A stretch of 31,518 nucleotides of DNA from a virus: UHGV virus genome UHGV-0133195; one strand, written 5' to 3'. Below the pieces are notes generated by a model. That model had not been told where the DNA came from, ran no database searches, and saw only the letters and a list, made by a program, of their open reading frames with translations. Position 1 is the first letter of the stretch. Each line of letters starts with the position of its first letter. The translations under genes were made by a program, and so were the position numbers. Positions 18,484 to 27,759 of the stretch are shown in pieces.

Positions 18484-18808
18484 AAAACAGCAACTTTTCA
18501 CGGTGATGATCGCCAACCTGATTCATTTTGCCGAAGAAAAGGGCTATCGCCTGACGTTTGGCGAAGCGTACCGCACGCCGGAACAGGCCGCGCTTAACGC
18601 AAAAAAAGGGAGCGGTATTGCTAACAGCCTGCATACCCAGCGCCTGGCAGTGGATTTTAACCTGTTTGTTAATGGTGAATACCAGACCGACAGCGCCGCA
18701 TATCGCCCCCTGGGCGAATACTGGGAATCCATCGGCGGATCGTGGGGTGGCCGGTTCAGTAAGCCGGACGGCAACCATTTCAGTCTTGAGCATAACGGGG
18801 TTCGCTGA
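18470..18808 (+). CDS. Endolysin, M15-type zinc peptidase (L-alanyl-D-glutamate peptidase-like)
   Basis: Zinc-ligand pattern SLHTQRLAVD ... DGNHFS (His, Asp, His) typical of the small M15 peptidoglycan peptidases used as phage endolysins. Confidence 0.7.
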   Translation: MKLSEKQQLFTVMIANLIHFAEEKGYRLTFGEAYRTPEQAALNAKKGSGIANSLHTQRLAVDFNLFVNGEYQTDSAAYRPLGEYWESIGGSWGGRFSKPDGNHFSLEHNGVR

Positions 18809-19191
18809 TGCGCAATTTGCTGGGTCTTTTGCTGATTCTGGCCGCTGCAATGTCAGCGGGCTGGCAGGCGCATGACTGGCACGACGCAAAGCTGAAACTC
18901 GCTGCCAGTGAAGCGGCAGAACAAACGCGCCAGATTGTTGTTGAGGTGACGCAGCAGTCTGGTGAAGCGCTGGAAGCAAAACTCGCGGAGCTGAGGGCCA
19001 ATGAAATTCACACGGAACGGGTTATCCGCACGGAAACCATTAAGCCGGTTTTTAGCAACGTTTGCGCTTCTGATGATTACGTCCGGTTGTTCAACGAAAG
19101 TGCAGATCAAGCCGAACGAAAATTATCAGGAAAACCAGCTGACACTTTGCCCGGTCACGCTGCCACGTCTGGCCGGACCGACCGGAAATGA
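18808..19191 (+). CDS. i-spanin (Rz-like)
   Basis: N-terminal transmembrane segment (LLGLLLILAAAM) then a charged coiled-coil-like periplasmic domain; start overlaps the endolysin stop (ATGA); an overlapping lipoprotein ORF lies in another frame. Confidence 0.6.
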   Translation: MRNLLGLLLILAAAMSAGWQAHDWHDAKLKLAASEAAEQTRQIVVEVTQQSGEALEAKLAELRANEIHTERVIRTETIKPVFSNVCASDDYVRLFNESADQAERKLSGKPADTLPGHAATSGRTDRK

Positions 19192-19297
19192 CTTTGACGC
19201 GGCGCTGACAGCCTACCGACAGATGTATACCGACTGCGCCGCCCGACATAACGCCCTGGTGGGTATCATTCGACAACGTAAGGAATTAGCACAATGA
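19001..19297 (+). CDS. o-spanin (Rz1-like outer-membrane lipoprotein)
   Basis: Starts inside the Rz-like gene in a different frame with GAGGG Shine-Dalgarno; lipoprotein signal with lipobox LMITSGC. Confidence 0.6.
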   Translation: MKFTRNGLSARKPLSRFLATFALLMITSGCSTKVQIKPNENYQENQLTLCPVTLPRLAGPTGNDFDAALTAYRQMYTDCAARHNALVGIIRQRKELAQ

Positions 19298-19563
19298 GTA
19301 AACCGAAAAAAATCGCCATGACCGTGGCGGGCGTGAATCTGAGCTTTGAGCCGAATAAAACCGCGTTTAACAACCTGCTTAACGAAATGACCATGACCAA
19401 TAAGGTTGCCCCTATGGTGACGTATCTGGGCCGCATTGTTGATGCCGAGTGTAAAGAGTCGCTCAACAAGCTGATGGAAGATTATCCGGGTTGCGAAATG
19501 CAGATCGTCGAGAAGGTTAACGAGATTTACTCCCCCAAACTTGAGATCGAAGTAAAAAACTGA
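19294..19563 (+). CDS. Tail assembly chaperone (gpE-like), zero-frame product
   Basis: 89-aa ORF immediately upstream of the tape measure gene, ending in the slippery heptamer A_AAA_AAC directly before its stop codon. Confidence 0.65.
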   Translation: MSKPKKIAMTVAGVNLSFEPNKTAFNNLLNEMTMTNKVAPMVTYLGRIVDAECKESLNKLMEDYPGCEMQIVEKVNEIYSPKLEIEVKN

Positions 19564-19751
19564 CGGCGCGGGTGGCGGCCATTCGCAAGAATGCGCTTGA
19601 GCAATACCTTGCCCTGCGCCGCTACTACCTCCCGCACGAAGCCGACGACGAAGAAAGTATCGCCCGCGCCCTGTGGCTGGACGAATATTTCGCCCAGACC
19701 CGCGCCAGCAAGACGGCGGAAGGGATAGCCATCGCATTTAACGGAAACTGA
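19294..19751 (+). CDS. Frameshift-extended tail assembly chaperone (E+E'-like fusion product)
   Basis: A -1 slip at 19554-19560 adds 63 codons (LTARVAAIRKNALEQYLALRRYYLPHEADDEESIARALWLDEYFAQTRASKTAEGIAIAFNGN) with no ATG of its own. Confidence 0.55.
19554..19560 (+). other. Programmed -1 ribosomal frameshift slippery site (A_AAA_AAC)
   Basis: Canonical X_XXY_YYZ heptamer in the zero frame, directly 5' of the chaperone stop (19561-19563); the -1 frame is open from 19560 to the TGA at 19749-19751, just before the tape measure ATG at 19753. Confidence 0.6.
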
Positions 19752-19752
19752 T

Positions 19753-21867
19753 ATGAGCCACCTGGATTTTACCCTGAGCCTGATCGATAAGCTGACGCGG
19801 CCATTAAAAACGGCCCAGTCTTCGCTGTCCGGCTTTGCTGAAAAATCGCAGGCGTCTTTTACAAAAATCGGGATCGGTGCGGCGGCTGTCTGGGGCGTGG
19901 CGCAGTCTATCGCGGGCGTGGTGGGTCCGGCGTATGAGATGAACGCCGCACTTGCAGAAGTGGGTTCCAAAGGCGTGGCAGAGGACGCGCTGAAGCGTCT
20001 GTCCGGCGAGGCTATGCGATTCAGTATGCGCTACGGCAAAGGGGCCGTTGATGTGGTCCGGTCAAGCTACGCGATGAAAGGCGCAATGGCGGGCCTGTCC
20101 GATCTGGACCTGCCCCGCGTCACCATCGCGGCCAATACCCTGGCGGCAGGCGTCAAGGCCAGCGGCGAAGAGGCAGGCGAATACATCGGCGCGATGGCGT
20201 CACGTTTCAACGCGGAGTTGTCCAGTCTGGGCCATGTGCGTTTTGCCGAAGAGCTGGCAGGAAAAACCGCGTACATGGTGCAAAACTTCGGCGTGAAAAT
20301 GCAGACCATGCAGGAGCTTATCGAGGGGACGAAAAGCGCCGGTGCTGACTTTGGCGTCAGCCTGGATGAACAGTTCGCCGTCCTGGGTACGCTTTCGCGC
20401 ACGCTGGGTACTGAGGCCAGCGGGATCTACGAGCAGTTTTTACGCAGCGCTCCGGCTGCCGCTGAAAAGCTGGGGATGAGCTTTGTCGATGCCACCGGAA
20501 AAATGCTGCCGATGGGCGACATTCTGCAAAAACTCCAGAGCAAATACGGGCAGAGCATCGAAGGGAACGTCAAGGCACAACAGGCGCTGGACGCCGCGTT
20601 CGGTGGTGGTGCTGACGTTATCAAAAAGCTGTACGGCCAGCAGGATAAATTAAACCGCAGCATCACCGAGCTGGGCCGAAATGACGGGATGAAACGCGCC
20701 CAGGAAATGGCCGCACGAATGGCCGAGCCGTGGGAGCGTATCAAAGCGACATTCTTTGCCATTCGCGTGGCGATTGGTAACACGCTGATCCCTATCCTGT
20801 CGCCGCTGATGAACCGTATTGCCGACGTCGGGACAAAATTTGCCCGCTGGCTGGATATGTTCCCGAATATTGCCCGCTGGCTGGGTTACATCACCCTGGG
20901 CGTGCTGTCCTTCGGGCTGGCCGGGGCGGCGGTCAATATCGTGATGGGGGTCTTTGGTTTCACCATGATGGGGCTGGCCGCAATCGCTAAGGTGCTGGGC
21001 GGCGCATGGAAACTCCTGTTATGGACGCTCAACCTGTTGCGTCCGTCCCTGCTGACGACGCGCATCGGCCTGGCTGCATTGTGGATCCAGTCAAAATTGC
21101 TGGCGCTGTGGACGGGTATCTGCCGCATCGCGCTTGCTGCATGGAATATCGCGTTAAAGGCCGGGGCCATTGCCATGCGGGTTTACGGTGCGGCGACCAT
21201 GTTTGCCGGAGCGGCAATGCAATTCCTGATGAGTCCGATCACCCTGATTATTGCCGGGCTGGCGCTTCTGGCCGTGGGGGTCTGGTACGTCATCACTCAC
21301 TGGAAAGAACTGGCGGCAGCCGTCATGAATACGGCGGCTTTTGCCTGGGTGATGTCAGTCGCGGAACAGGTGGGCCAGGTGTTTGCGCAGGTCTGGCAGT
21401 CCATCACTGACGGCTGGGCCGTGGTGGTTGATTTCTTTGCCGGTCTTTCCCCGCTTGCCACCTTTGAAGGGTTCGCGCAGACCATCGGCGGGGTATTCAG
21501 CAAACTTTTTGACGTCCTCAAAAATACCTTTGCATCTACCTATAACTGGATTGTTGAGAAGCTAAACAAGATCCCCGGCGTCAACATCGACCTGAAAACC
21601 GTTTCGCCACCGTCAGCGGCTGCCGTTCCGGCAAACGCGGTCATTCCTGACAGTGCTGCAGGTTCGTCGAAGCTGAACAGCCCGTCCGTGCTGACGGGGA
21701 ACCGAATTAATGCAGACATCCCACGCGGCGGCCTGATGAGTCAGGTTAAAACCGACAGCAAAACCGCCGTTGATAACCGTAAATCGTGGGGCGATACCTA
21801 CATCAACGCCCCCAATGGAATCACCCCGGCCCAGTTGGCTGAATGGCAGGAGCTTAACGCAGGATGA
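19753..21867 (+). CDS. Tail tape measure protein
   Basis: 704-aa protein with Ala/Gly-rich helical regions and a long hydrophobic central segment; located after the chaperone frameshift pair. Confidence 0.85.
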   Translation: MSHLDFTLSLIDKLTRPLKTAQSSLSGFAEKSQASFTKIGIGAAAVWGVAQSIAGVVGPAYEMNAALAEVGSKGVAEDALKRLSGEAMRFSMRYGKGAVDVVRSSYAMKGAMAGLSDLDLPRVTIAANTLAAGVKASGEEAGEYIGAMASRFNAELSSLGHVRFAEELAGKTAYMVQNFGVKMQTMQELIEGTKSAGADFGVSLDEQFAVLGTLSRTLGTEASGIYEQFLRSAPAAAEKLGMSFVDATGKMLPMGDILQKLQSKYGQSIEGNVKAQQALDAAFGGGADVIKKLYGQQDKLNRSITELGRNDGMKRAQEMAARMAEPWERIKATFFAIRVAIGNTLIPILSPLMNRIADVGTKFARWLDMFPNIARWLGYITLGVLSFGLAGAAVNIVMGVFGFTMMGLAAIAKVLGGAWKLLLWTLNLLRPSLLTTRIGLAALWIQSKLLALWTGICRIALAAWNIALKAGAIAMRVYGAATMFAGAAMQFLMSPITLIIAGLALLAVGVWYVITHWKELAAAVMNTAAFAWVMSVAEQVGQVFAQVWQSITDGWAVVVDFFAGLSPLATFEGFAQTIGGVFSKLFDVLKNTFASTYNWIVEKLNKIPGVNIDLKTVSPPSAAAVPANAVIPDSAAGSSKLNSPSVLTGNRINADIPRGGLMSQVKTDSKTAVDNRKSWGDTYINAPNGITPAQLAEWQELNAG

Positions 21868-22199
21868 GTACCGAACCGTTATACATCGACCTTTTGATCA
21901 CTGACGGTGATTTCACGCTGGACAGCGGCAACGAGCCGCGCCGTTGCGATAACCGCGACAGCATCACCCAGGACATTATTCACAGCATTCTGGAAAGCGG
22001 TATCACCACCCGCCTGATCGGTGAACGCAGCCCGACAATGCGCGGTGACGTGCTGACGCAACTGTCCTTACTGGTGGAAAGCGACGAACGTCTGGTCCCA
22101 GGAACCATACTGATCACCGAAGAAACCCTTTCGCGGTTGTATGTCACGGCGGAAACCTACGATTTCGGCCCTGTCAGTACAGAGGTTAACTATGACTGA
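21864..22199 (+). CDS. Baseplate wedge protein, gpW / gp25-like (putative)
   Basis: 111-aa protein coupled (ATGA) to the tape measure stop and preceding a J-like gene, as in the P2 W-J-I-H-G order; weak by-eye similarity only. Confidence 0.4.
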   Translation: MSTEPLYIDLLITDGDFTLDSGNEPRRCDNRDSITQDIIHSILESGITTRLIGERSPTMRGDVLTQLSLLVESDERLVPGTILITEETLSRLYVTAETYDFGPVSTEVNYD

Positions 22200-23376
22200 G
22201 AAACCCGACGTTGATTTTGAAAAGGTACTGAATGACAGCGGGATGCCCGCGACAGAAGCCGAAATTACGGCAGCGTTTAAAGCCACCGTGCAGGCGGAAG
22301 GGTTTGTCACAAACACGTCGAGAATGTCACCTTTCTGGCGGCTGATTTCGAAGATTGTCACCACGCCAGTGTTATGGCTGCGTGCGGCGCTGATCGATGT
22401 GGTCCTGCGCAATATGTTTGTTGCGACGGCCACCGGTCCGATGCTGCGCCTGCTGGCCTGGGCGGTCCATATTGTGCCTAAACCGGCCAGCGCTGCCGCT
22501 GGCGTGCTGCGGTTCTACAAGCTGAACGCGGCGGATGTGGTCGTCGTGCCTGCCGGAACACTGGTGCAAACCGAGCGTATTAACGGCGTGGTTTACGTGC
22601 TGGCCGTGAATGAAGACGTGACGCTGCCTGCCGGGGTTGAAAGCGGGCTGGTTCCCGTCACGGCGACAGGCACCGGCAGCGGCTATAACCTTGCGCCTGG
22701 CTATTACCGGATCTTACCTGTTGCGGTGGCCGGGATCGCCAGCGCGGTCAATGAGGACGAATGGCTGATTACGCCAGGGGCTAACGAGGAAAGCGACGAC
22801 GAGCTGCGCGACCGCACCCGCAACCAGTTTAATCTGGTGGGGAATTACCACTCTGACGCTATCTACCGCAGCATGATTGCCAGTGTGCTGGGCCTGAGCG
22901 TTGATCGCATTTACTTTTTGCACGATGCCCCGCGCGGGCCGGGTACGGCAAATGCTTACCTGTTGCTGGACAGCGGCGAAATATCACAGCCCTTTATTGA
23001 TGCGGTTAACGATTATGTGAATACCCAGGGCCACCACGGACACGGTGATGATCTGCAGTGTTATGCCATGCCGGAAACCAGCCACACCCTGGCGGTAACG
23101 GTATACGTCAAAAGCGTGGAAAACATGGAAGCGGAAGACCTGAGCGCGTTAAAAACCGGTATTACCGACCTGATTCGTTGCGCGTTTCGCGAGAACGCCA
23201 ATTACGACGTTAAAAAGACGCAGCCCTATTCGCGCTATTCCTTTTCGAATCTGGGCCGCGAGATCCACAAGGCTTTTCCGGTTGTCGATTCACTGCATTT
23301 TTCACTGACAGATATTGTCAGCGAACTGTCGGTTCCGCGCCTGTCAGGGTTAACGGTGGAGATTGAAAATGACTGA
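22192..23376 (+). CDS. Baseplate protein, gpJ-like
   Basis: 394 aa from ATG at 22192 (the track ORF starts at 22141), overlapping the upstream stop; position before the gpI-like and fiber genes. Confidence 0.55.
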   Translation: MTEKPDVDFEKVLNDSGMPATEAEITAAFKATVQAEGFVTNTSRMSPFWRLISKIVTTPVLWLRAALIDVVLRNMFVATATGPMLRLLAWAVHIVPKPASAAAGVLRFYKLNAADVVVVPAGTLVQTERINGVVYVLAVNEDVTLPAGVESGLVPVTATGTGSGYNLAPGYYRILPVAVAGIASAVNEDEWLITPGANEESDDELRDRTRNQFNLVGNYHSDAIYRSMIASVLGLSVDRIYFLHDAPRGPGTANAYLLLDSGEISQPFIDAVNDYVNTQGHHGHGDDLQCYAMPETSHTLAVTVYVKSVENMEAEDLSALKTGITDLIRCAFRENANYDVKKTQPYSRYSFSNLGREIHKAFPVVDSLHFSLTDIVSELSVPRLSGLTVEIEND

Positions 23377-23962
23377 GTTTTCGAAGTTGCTTGCCGGTCT
23401 GAAATTGCCGTCGTGGCTGAACAAAGGCGACCCCGCAAGGCTGCTGCGGGCCTGCGTGAATTTCTGGTCGCAGGTGTACGGGTGGATCACCTGGCCGTTA
23501 AAGCAGTTTGACCCGCTGGTCTGCCCCGAACCGCTGTTAAACCTGATTGCCTGGGAACGCGACATCGATCGGTTTAAGGGGGAGCCGCTCGACATCTTCC
23601 GCAAACGGGTGAGTTACGCATTCATCAATGCGCAGCAGGCCGGAGAGGTGGCGGGCTTTATTGCCATTTTTGAGCGACTGGGGATTGGTTACGTTGAATT
23701 ACTGGAACGGCAGGACGGACTCGACTGGGACGTGATCGTCGTTCGGGTGACAAACAGCCAGATTGCGGAAAATGGTGATCTCCTGCTGGAAATCATCCGC
23801 AAATACGGGCGCACATGCCGCCGTTACCAGTTTGAAGTGATCACCGCCCTGCCGCTGAATATCAATATTGGCTGGTATCAGGGGGAATATATTTGCTGGC
23901 CTGCCACCCTGGGCGATGTGATTAACCAGCCCGAGGCAACGTACAGCGCAAGTTTGAAGTAG
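23369..23962 (+). CDS. Baseplate / tail protein, gpI-like
   Basis: About 197 aa from ATG at 23369 (the track uses a TTG at 23363); immediately precedes the tail fiber gene. Confidence 0.5.
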   Translation: MTEFSKLLAGLKLPSWLNKGDPARLLRACVNFWSQVYGWITWPLKQFDPLVCPEPLLNLIAWERDIDRFKGEPLDIFRKRVSYAFINAQQAGEVAGFIAIFERLGIGYVELLERQDGLDWDVIVVRVTNSQIAENGDLLLEIIRKYGRTCRRYQFEVITALPLNINIGWYQGEYICWPATLGDVINQPEATYSASLK

Positions 23963-23973
23963 AGGGAAGACCT

Positions 23974-25977
23974 ATGTCACAGGCCGTTATTACAAAAGTA
24001 TTTTCAGAATGGAAAGCCCAGCAGGCAATTAATAATCAGCCCGTCACGCTGGATGAATTTATTTTCGCATATATTCCGGGGCTGGATGCTGATAAGCCGA
24101 TTGATAATACCGAGACAACACCCGCAGCGGATAAAATTGTTTGTCGTCAGGCTGTGAGCAAATCCGGCGTTGTGAATGAAAATTCTGTCGTTTATTCCGT
24201 CACCCTGGGGGCGGATGTGGGCGATTTTGATTTCAACTGGATCGGTCTGGCAAATAAAGCCACCGGTACACTGGCGATGATTATTCACGCCCCGACCCAG
24301 CGCAAAATCAAAAATGCGAACGGCCAGCAGGGAAACGTGCTGGTTCGTTCCATGCTGATGGAATACAGCGGAGCCAGGGAAGCAACGGAAATTACCACCC
24401 CGGCAGAAACATGGCAGATTGATTTTACTGCCCGTCTGGCGGCAATGGATGAACGCCAGCGCCGCGAAAATATCGATCTGTATGGCGCAGCGGCATTTTT
24501 TGATTCTGGCTATCTGGTCGCAAAGTCCGGTAATCAGTTCTTTGTCACAAAGGGGGCGGGATACGTCGCCGGGTTACGTGCTGAACTGCCCGCAGACCTG
24601 AACATCAACGCAGCCGCGAAGCCGACAAAGGTCTGGCTTGATGTCAGCTGGACCGGGACGTTAACGAGCGAATGGGTAGTACAGAGCAAAATTACCGTTG
24701 CTGCAGATCTTGCCGATTATGTGCTGGGCGGTGTGCAGCATTATGTCTTTGCGGTGGCGAGTATTGATGCTGCCGGAAATATCACGGACCTGCGCCCGAA
24801 AGGCACGCTTAACGACCAGGCGGCCAGTGATGCACTGAGAAAGCATGAACAGTCCCGAAATCACCCTGATGCCACGACCAGCGAGAAAGGATTCACCCAG
24901 TTAAGCAGTGCAACGGATAGTACCAGCGAAGAACTGGCCGCTACATTGAAAGCGGTTAAAATCGCGATGGATAACGCCAACGCGCGTCTTGCAAAAGAGC
25001 GTAACGGTGGAGACATTCCTAATCCAGCCTTGTTTGTTCAAAACATTGGTTTGCAGGAAACAGTTAACAAGGCCGCCGGAGCAGTGCAGCGAAGTGAGGT
25101 CCAGACTTCGCAGGATGATGTTACTGCCGGAAAATTGCTGGTTAATGGTAGCGCTATTGCTGTTCGTAGCATCAGTGCAATCAATGAAGGACAGGTAGAC
25201 GATGCTAATAACCTTCCGGTTAATGCAGTATCGTTTGTCTATGGTGATGCCAAAAACTCACCGAGTGGAAATACAGGGACCATCCTGGATGTTTCCGGGC
25301 TTGGTAGCGGTTATAGCATCCAGCTATTCGCTAACTACTCAACAGGCGAAATACTGGCGTTTCGTGCGCGTAATGGTGATAACAGAACATGGAATAAATG
25401 GAATTTTGTGTTTCACACTGGAAATAAACCAACCTCTACAGATGTGGGTGCGCTACCTATAACAGGTGGTAATTTAAAGGGGCAACTTTCCTTTTCATTC
25501 TCACAACCCAGAAATGGCGCTAACCACTTAATATACAACGGCGATGATAAAGGAATACTGGCTTGCGGATATGGTTATTATCAGGACAGATTTGATATTC
25601 ATTTTTATGATGAAAAAGGTGCGTGGGAATCAAATCCATTAACCATTGGGCGCAATGGAAATACGACAGTTAGTGGTAATTTGTCAGGGCGTGCTGTTTA
25701 TGAAGGTAACATTCGCGTTTATTCACCAAACAACCCGCAGCCCGTTAGCTTTGAAGGTTATGCGACGCAAAGCTGGGTATTGCAGAACTTTGTCCAGAAT
25801 ATCGACCTGACTGCGCCTACTGAATTTCAGTTTTGGGATGGACGGGGTTACATGCGGGCGACTGATGGTGCGGCTATGTATAACTTTTCAATGGTGGGCG
25901 GTTCCAGCAACGTTGGCTGGATTCAGATCCGCTATACACGAAAACTGGTGAATAACACCTGGTATGTAATTAATTAA
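23974..25977 (+). CDS. Tail fiber protein (gpH-like) with compositionally distinct C-terminal receptor-binding region
   Basis: 667-aa protein followed by a fiber assembly gene; the 3' third is visibly AT-rich relative to the 5' part. Confidence 0.8.
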   Translation: MSQAVITKVFSEWKAQQAINNQPVTLDEFIFAYIPGLDADKPIDNTETTPAADKIVCRQAVSKSGVVNENSVVYSVTLGADVGDFDFNWIGLANKATGTLAMIIHAPTQRKIKNANGQQGNVLVRSMLMEYSGAREATEITTPAETWQIDFTARLAAMDERQRRENIDLYGAAAFFDSGYLVAKSGNQFFVTKGAGYVAGLRAELPADLNINAAAKPTKVWLDVSWTGTLTSEWVVQSKITVAADLADYVLGGVQHYVFAVASIDAAGNITDLRPKGTLNDQAASDALRKHEQSRNHPDATTSEKGFTQLSSATDSTSEELAATLKAVKIAMDNANARLAKERNGGDIPNPALFVQNIGLQETVNKAAGAVQRSEVQTSQDDVTAGKLLVNGSAIAVRSISAINEGQVDDANNLPVNAVSFVYGDAKNSPSGNTGTILDVSGLGSGYSIQLFANYSTGEILAFRARNGDNRTWNKWNFVFHTGNKPTSTDVGALPITGGNLKGQLSFSFSQPRNGANHLIYNGDDKGILACGYGYYQDRFDIHFYDEKGAWESNPLTIGRNGNTTVSGNLSGRAVYEGNIRVYSPNNPQPVSFEGYATQSWVLQNFVQNIDLTAPTEFQFWDGRGYMRATDGAAMYNFSMVGGSSNVGWIQIRYTRKLVNNTWYVIN

Positions 25978-25989
25978 AGGTAAATAAAA

Positions 25990-26526
25990 ATGCAGAGCTT
26001 CGGCAAATTCACCCCATATATGCCAGACACTACTGACAGACCAAAAATTATTGATGGTCAGAACGTTATGTTTTTGCAGGATGACAAAGGTAATGACTGG
26101 TATGACGTTATTAAGTTATTTGATGAATCAAAGACACTAAAAATTGGCTATGACGATGATGGCCGTGTAAGAACATTCACAACGAATATTCATGCCTTTT
26201 TCCCGGTCAATATGAGCGTTGTTGAGCTTTCAGCAACAAAAGCTAATTTGCGCGTCGCGCTGGGCGATGACTGGTTTTATAAAGACGGGAAACTGCAGCA
26301 AATCCGCGATCACCAGGCTAACGCTGAGGCCGAACGTAACAGCCGTATGGCGGACGTTACAACGCGGATTGACTGGCTGGAAGATGCGCAGAAGGACGGC
26401 GATATCTCAGCCGACGAAGAAAAAGAACTGGCAACACTGCGGGCTTATCGCACCGAGTTGCGTCGTCTTGATCTGGCTGGTGCGCCAGATATTGACTGGC
26501 CGGAGGTTCCGGGCGATGTGGCGTGA
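25990..26526 (+). CDS. Tail fiber assembly protein (Tfa, gpG-like)
   Basis: 178-aa protein directly after the fiber gene; AT-rich 5' portion continuous with the fiber 3' end, then a GC-rich 3' portion. Confidence 0.7.
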   Translation: MQSFGKFTPYMPDTTDRPKIIDGQNVMFLQDDKGNDWYDVIKLFDESKTLKIGYDDDGRVRTFTTNIHAFFPVNMSVVELSATKANLRVALGDDWFYKDGKLQQIRDHQANAEAERNSRMADVTTRIDWLEDAQKDGDISADEEKELATLRAYRTELRRLDLAGAPDIDWPEVPGDVA

Positions 26527-27238
26527 ATCGGTTGTAAAGATTGCTGACGATATGGGGGCGCTGGCCTGTTCCATTGTGCCAGCGCATCCCTGGGTTTACG
26601 GGCTGGGACAGAACACGGATTCAGGCGGTTATCTTAGTCCGGCCAATGCGATGGGGTATCTTGCTAAAAAGCTGTTATCCGGTGGCGGTAGCGGTGACGT
26701 CATCGTCATGATGGTGGCGGAAAATACCCATGACGCTTTTATGCAGGGACTGAATAAACTGTCCACCGTATTTCCGGCCCCGGTATTTACACAGGTAAGC
26801 CGCATGGCCGCCGCCGCCGCAGAACTCAGCACGGTAAAAATGCAGTTGCCGGTTAAAGCCGATGTATTGCCAGCCAGTGCGCCGTTATCCGTTTCAACCA
26901 ACCGGCTGGCGCTGAATGCCCAGCGTGTTGCCGCCGCGCAGCTGGCCGCCGCAGTCAGTACCACCACAACAGATCTAAAAAATCAGGTTACGGGATTTAT
27001 TCAGGAACGGGCCGGTTTGCTGGCATCACTCAGCCAGGGACTGGACGACCTGAAAGCCGCCAGCGCGAACATTTTTTCATTCAGTTACAGCGGAAGTTAT
27101 GCCGTTGCTGCCGCTGAATTGCTGAAAGGCATCCCGCAAACAACGGCAGTGCATACTGCCGCGATGATGTTTATCGGGGATTCGTTATCTGACTTAGGGA
27201 AGATGCTACATGAGCCAGACCGCATTACTCGCGCTTGA
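26516..27238 (+). CDS. Hypothetical protein (240 aa), Ala-rich, function unknown
   Basis: ATG at 26516 overlapping the tfa stop (the track ORF starts at 26219); no recognisable catalytic motif. Confidence 0.5.
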   Translation: MWRESVVKIADDMGALACSIVPAHPWVYGLGQNTDSGGYLSPANAMGYLAKKLLSGGGSGDVIVMMVAENTHDAFMQGLNKLSTVFPAPVFTQVSRMAAAAAELSTVKMQLPVKADVLPASAPLSVSTNRLALNAQRVAAAQLAAAVSTTTTDLKNQVTGFIQERAGLLASLSQGLDDLKAASANIFSFSYSGSYAVAAAELLKGIPQTTAVHTAAMMFIGDSLSDLGKMLHEPDRITRA

Positions 27239-27752
27239 TGGTGAAGGGATCGCCATGCAGAACATGCTGGTTTCACCCTCTATGCAGTTTCAGGAGAAGG
27301 ACCAGTCGGGCCAGACATCGAGCACGGCCAATGCTGAACAGGGTATCAAGGCCAAAGAGCTGCGCGTGTCGGGTCTGGTGACATTTGACGACGAAGCCGT
27401 CTTACAGCGGCTTTTCCAGCTGGCATCCGCAACCGAAGCCAGCGGCGCGTTAAAAAAGTACCGCGTCGCCAATGCGACGGCGACGGCTATCAACCTTCGC
27501 GAAGCCACGTTCACCGGTCAGATTGATGCCGTACCGCAGGAGGATCGCCTTGCCTGGCAGGTAAGTTTCACCCTGCGTGAAAAAGGCAGCGTCCCGGAAA
27601 AACGACAGGCCCGAAAAGGCAACGCGACGGCCAGCACCAAGCAAACAGGGGCAAAGGGCGCGGGTCCGGCTGCCGGTGCTGATGAACCAGCCGACAAAAT
27701 GAGCTGGTTTGAAGAAAAAGTCTTAAAGCCGGTCAACGATGCGCTGGGGTAA
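27210..27752 (+). CDS. Hypothetical protein (180 aa), possibly tail-associated
   Basis: ORF overlapping the previous gene by 29 nt, immediately upstream of the hub-spike gene; a gpU-like tail terminator role is possible by position only. Confidence 0.4.
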   Translation: MSQTALLALDGEGIAMQNMLVSPSMQFQEKDQSGQTSSTANAEQGIKAKELRVSGLVTFDDEAVLQRLFQLASATEASGALKKYRVANATATAINLREATFTGQIDAVPQEDRLAWQVSFTLREKGSVPEKRQARKGNATASTKQTGAKGAGPAAGADEPADKMSWFEEKVLKPVNDALG

Positions 27753-27759
27753 TTAAACG

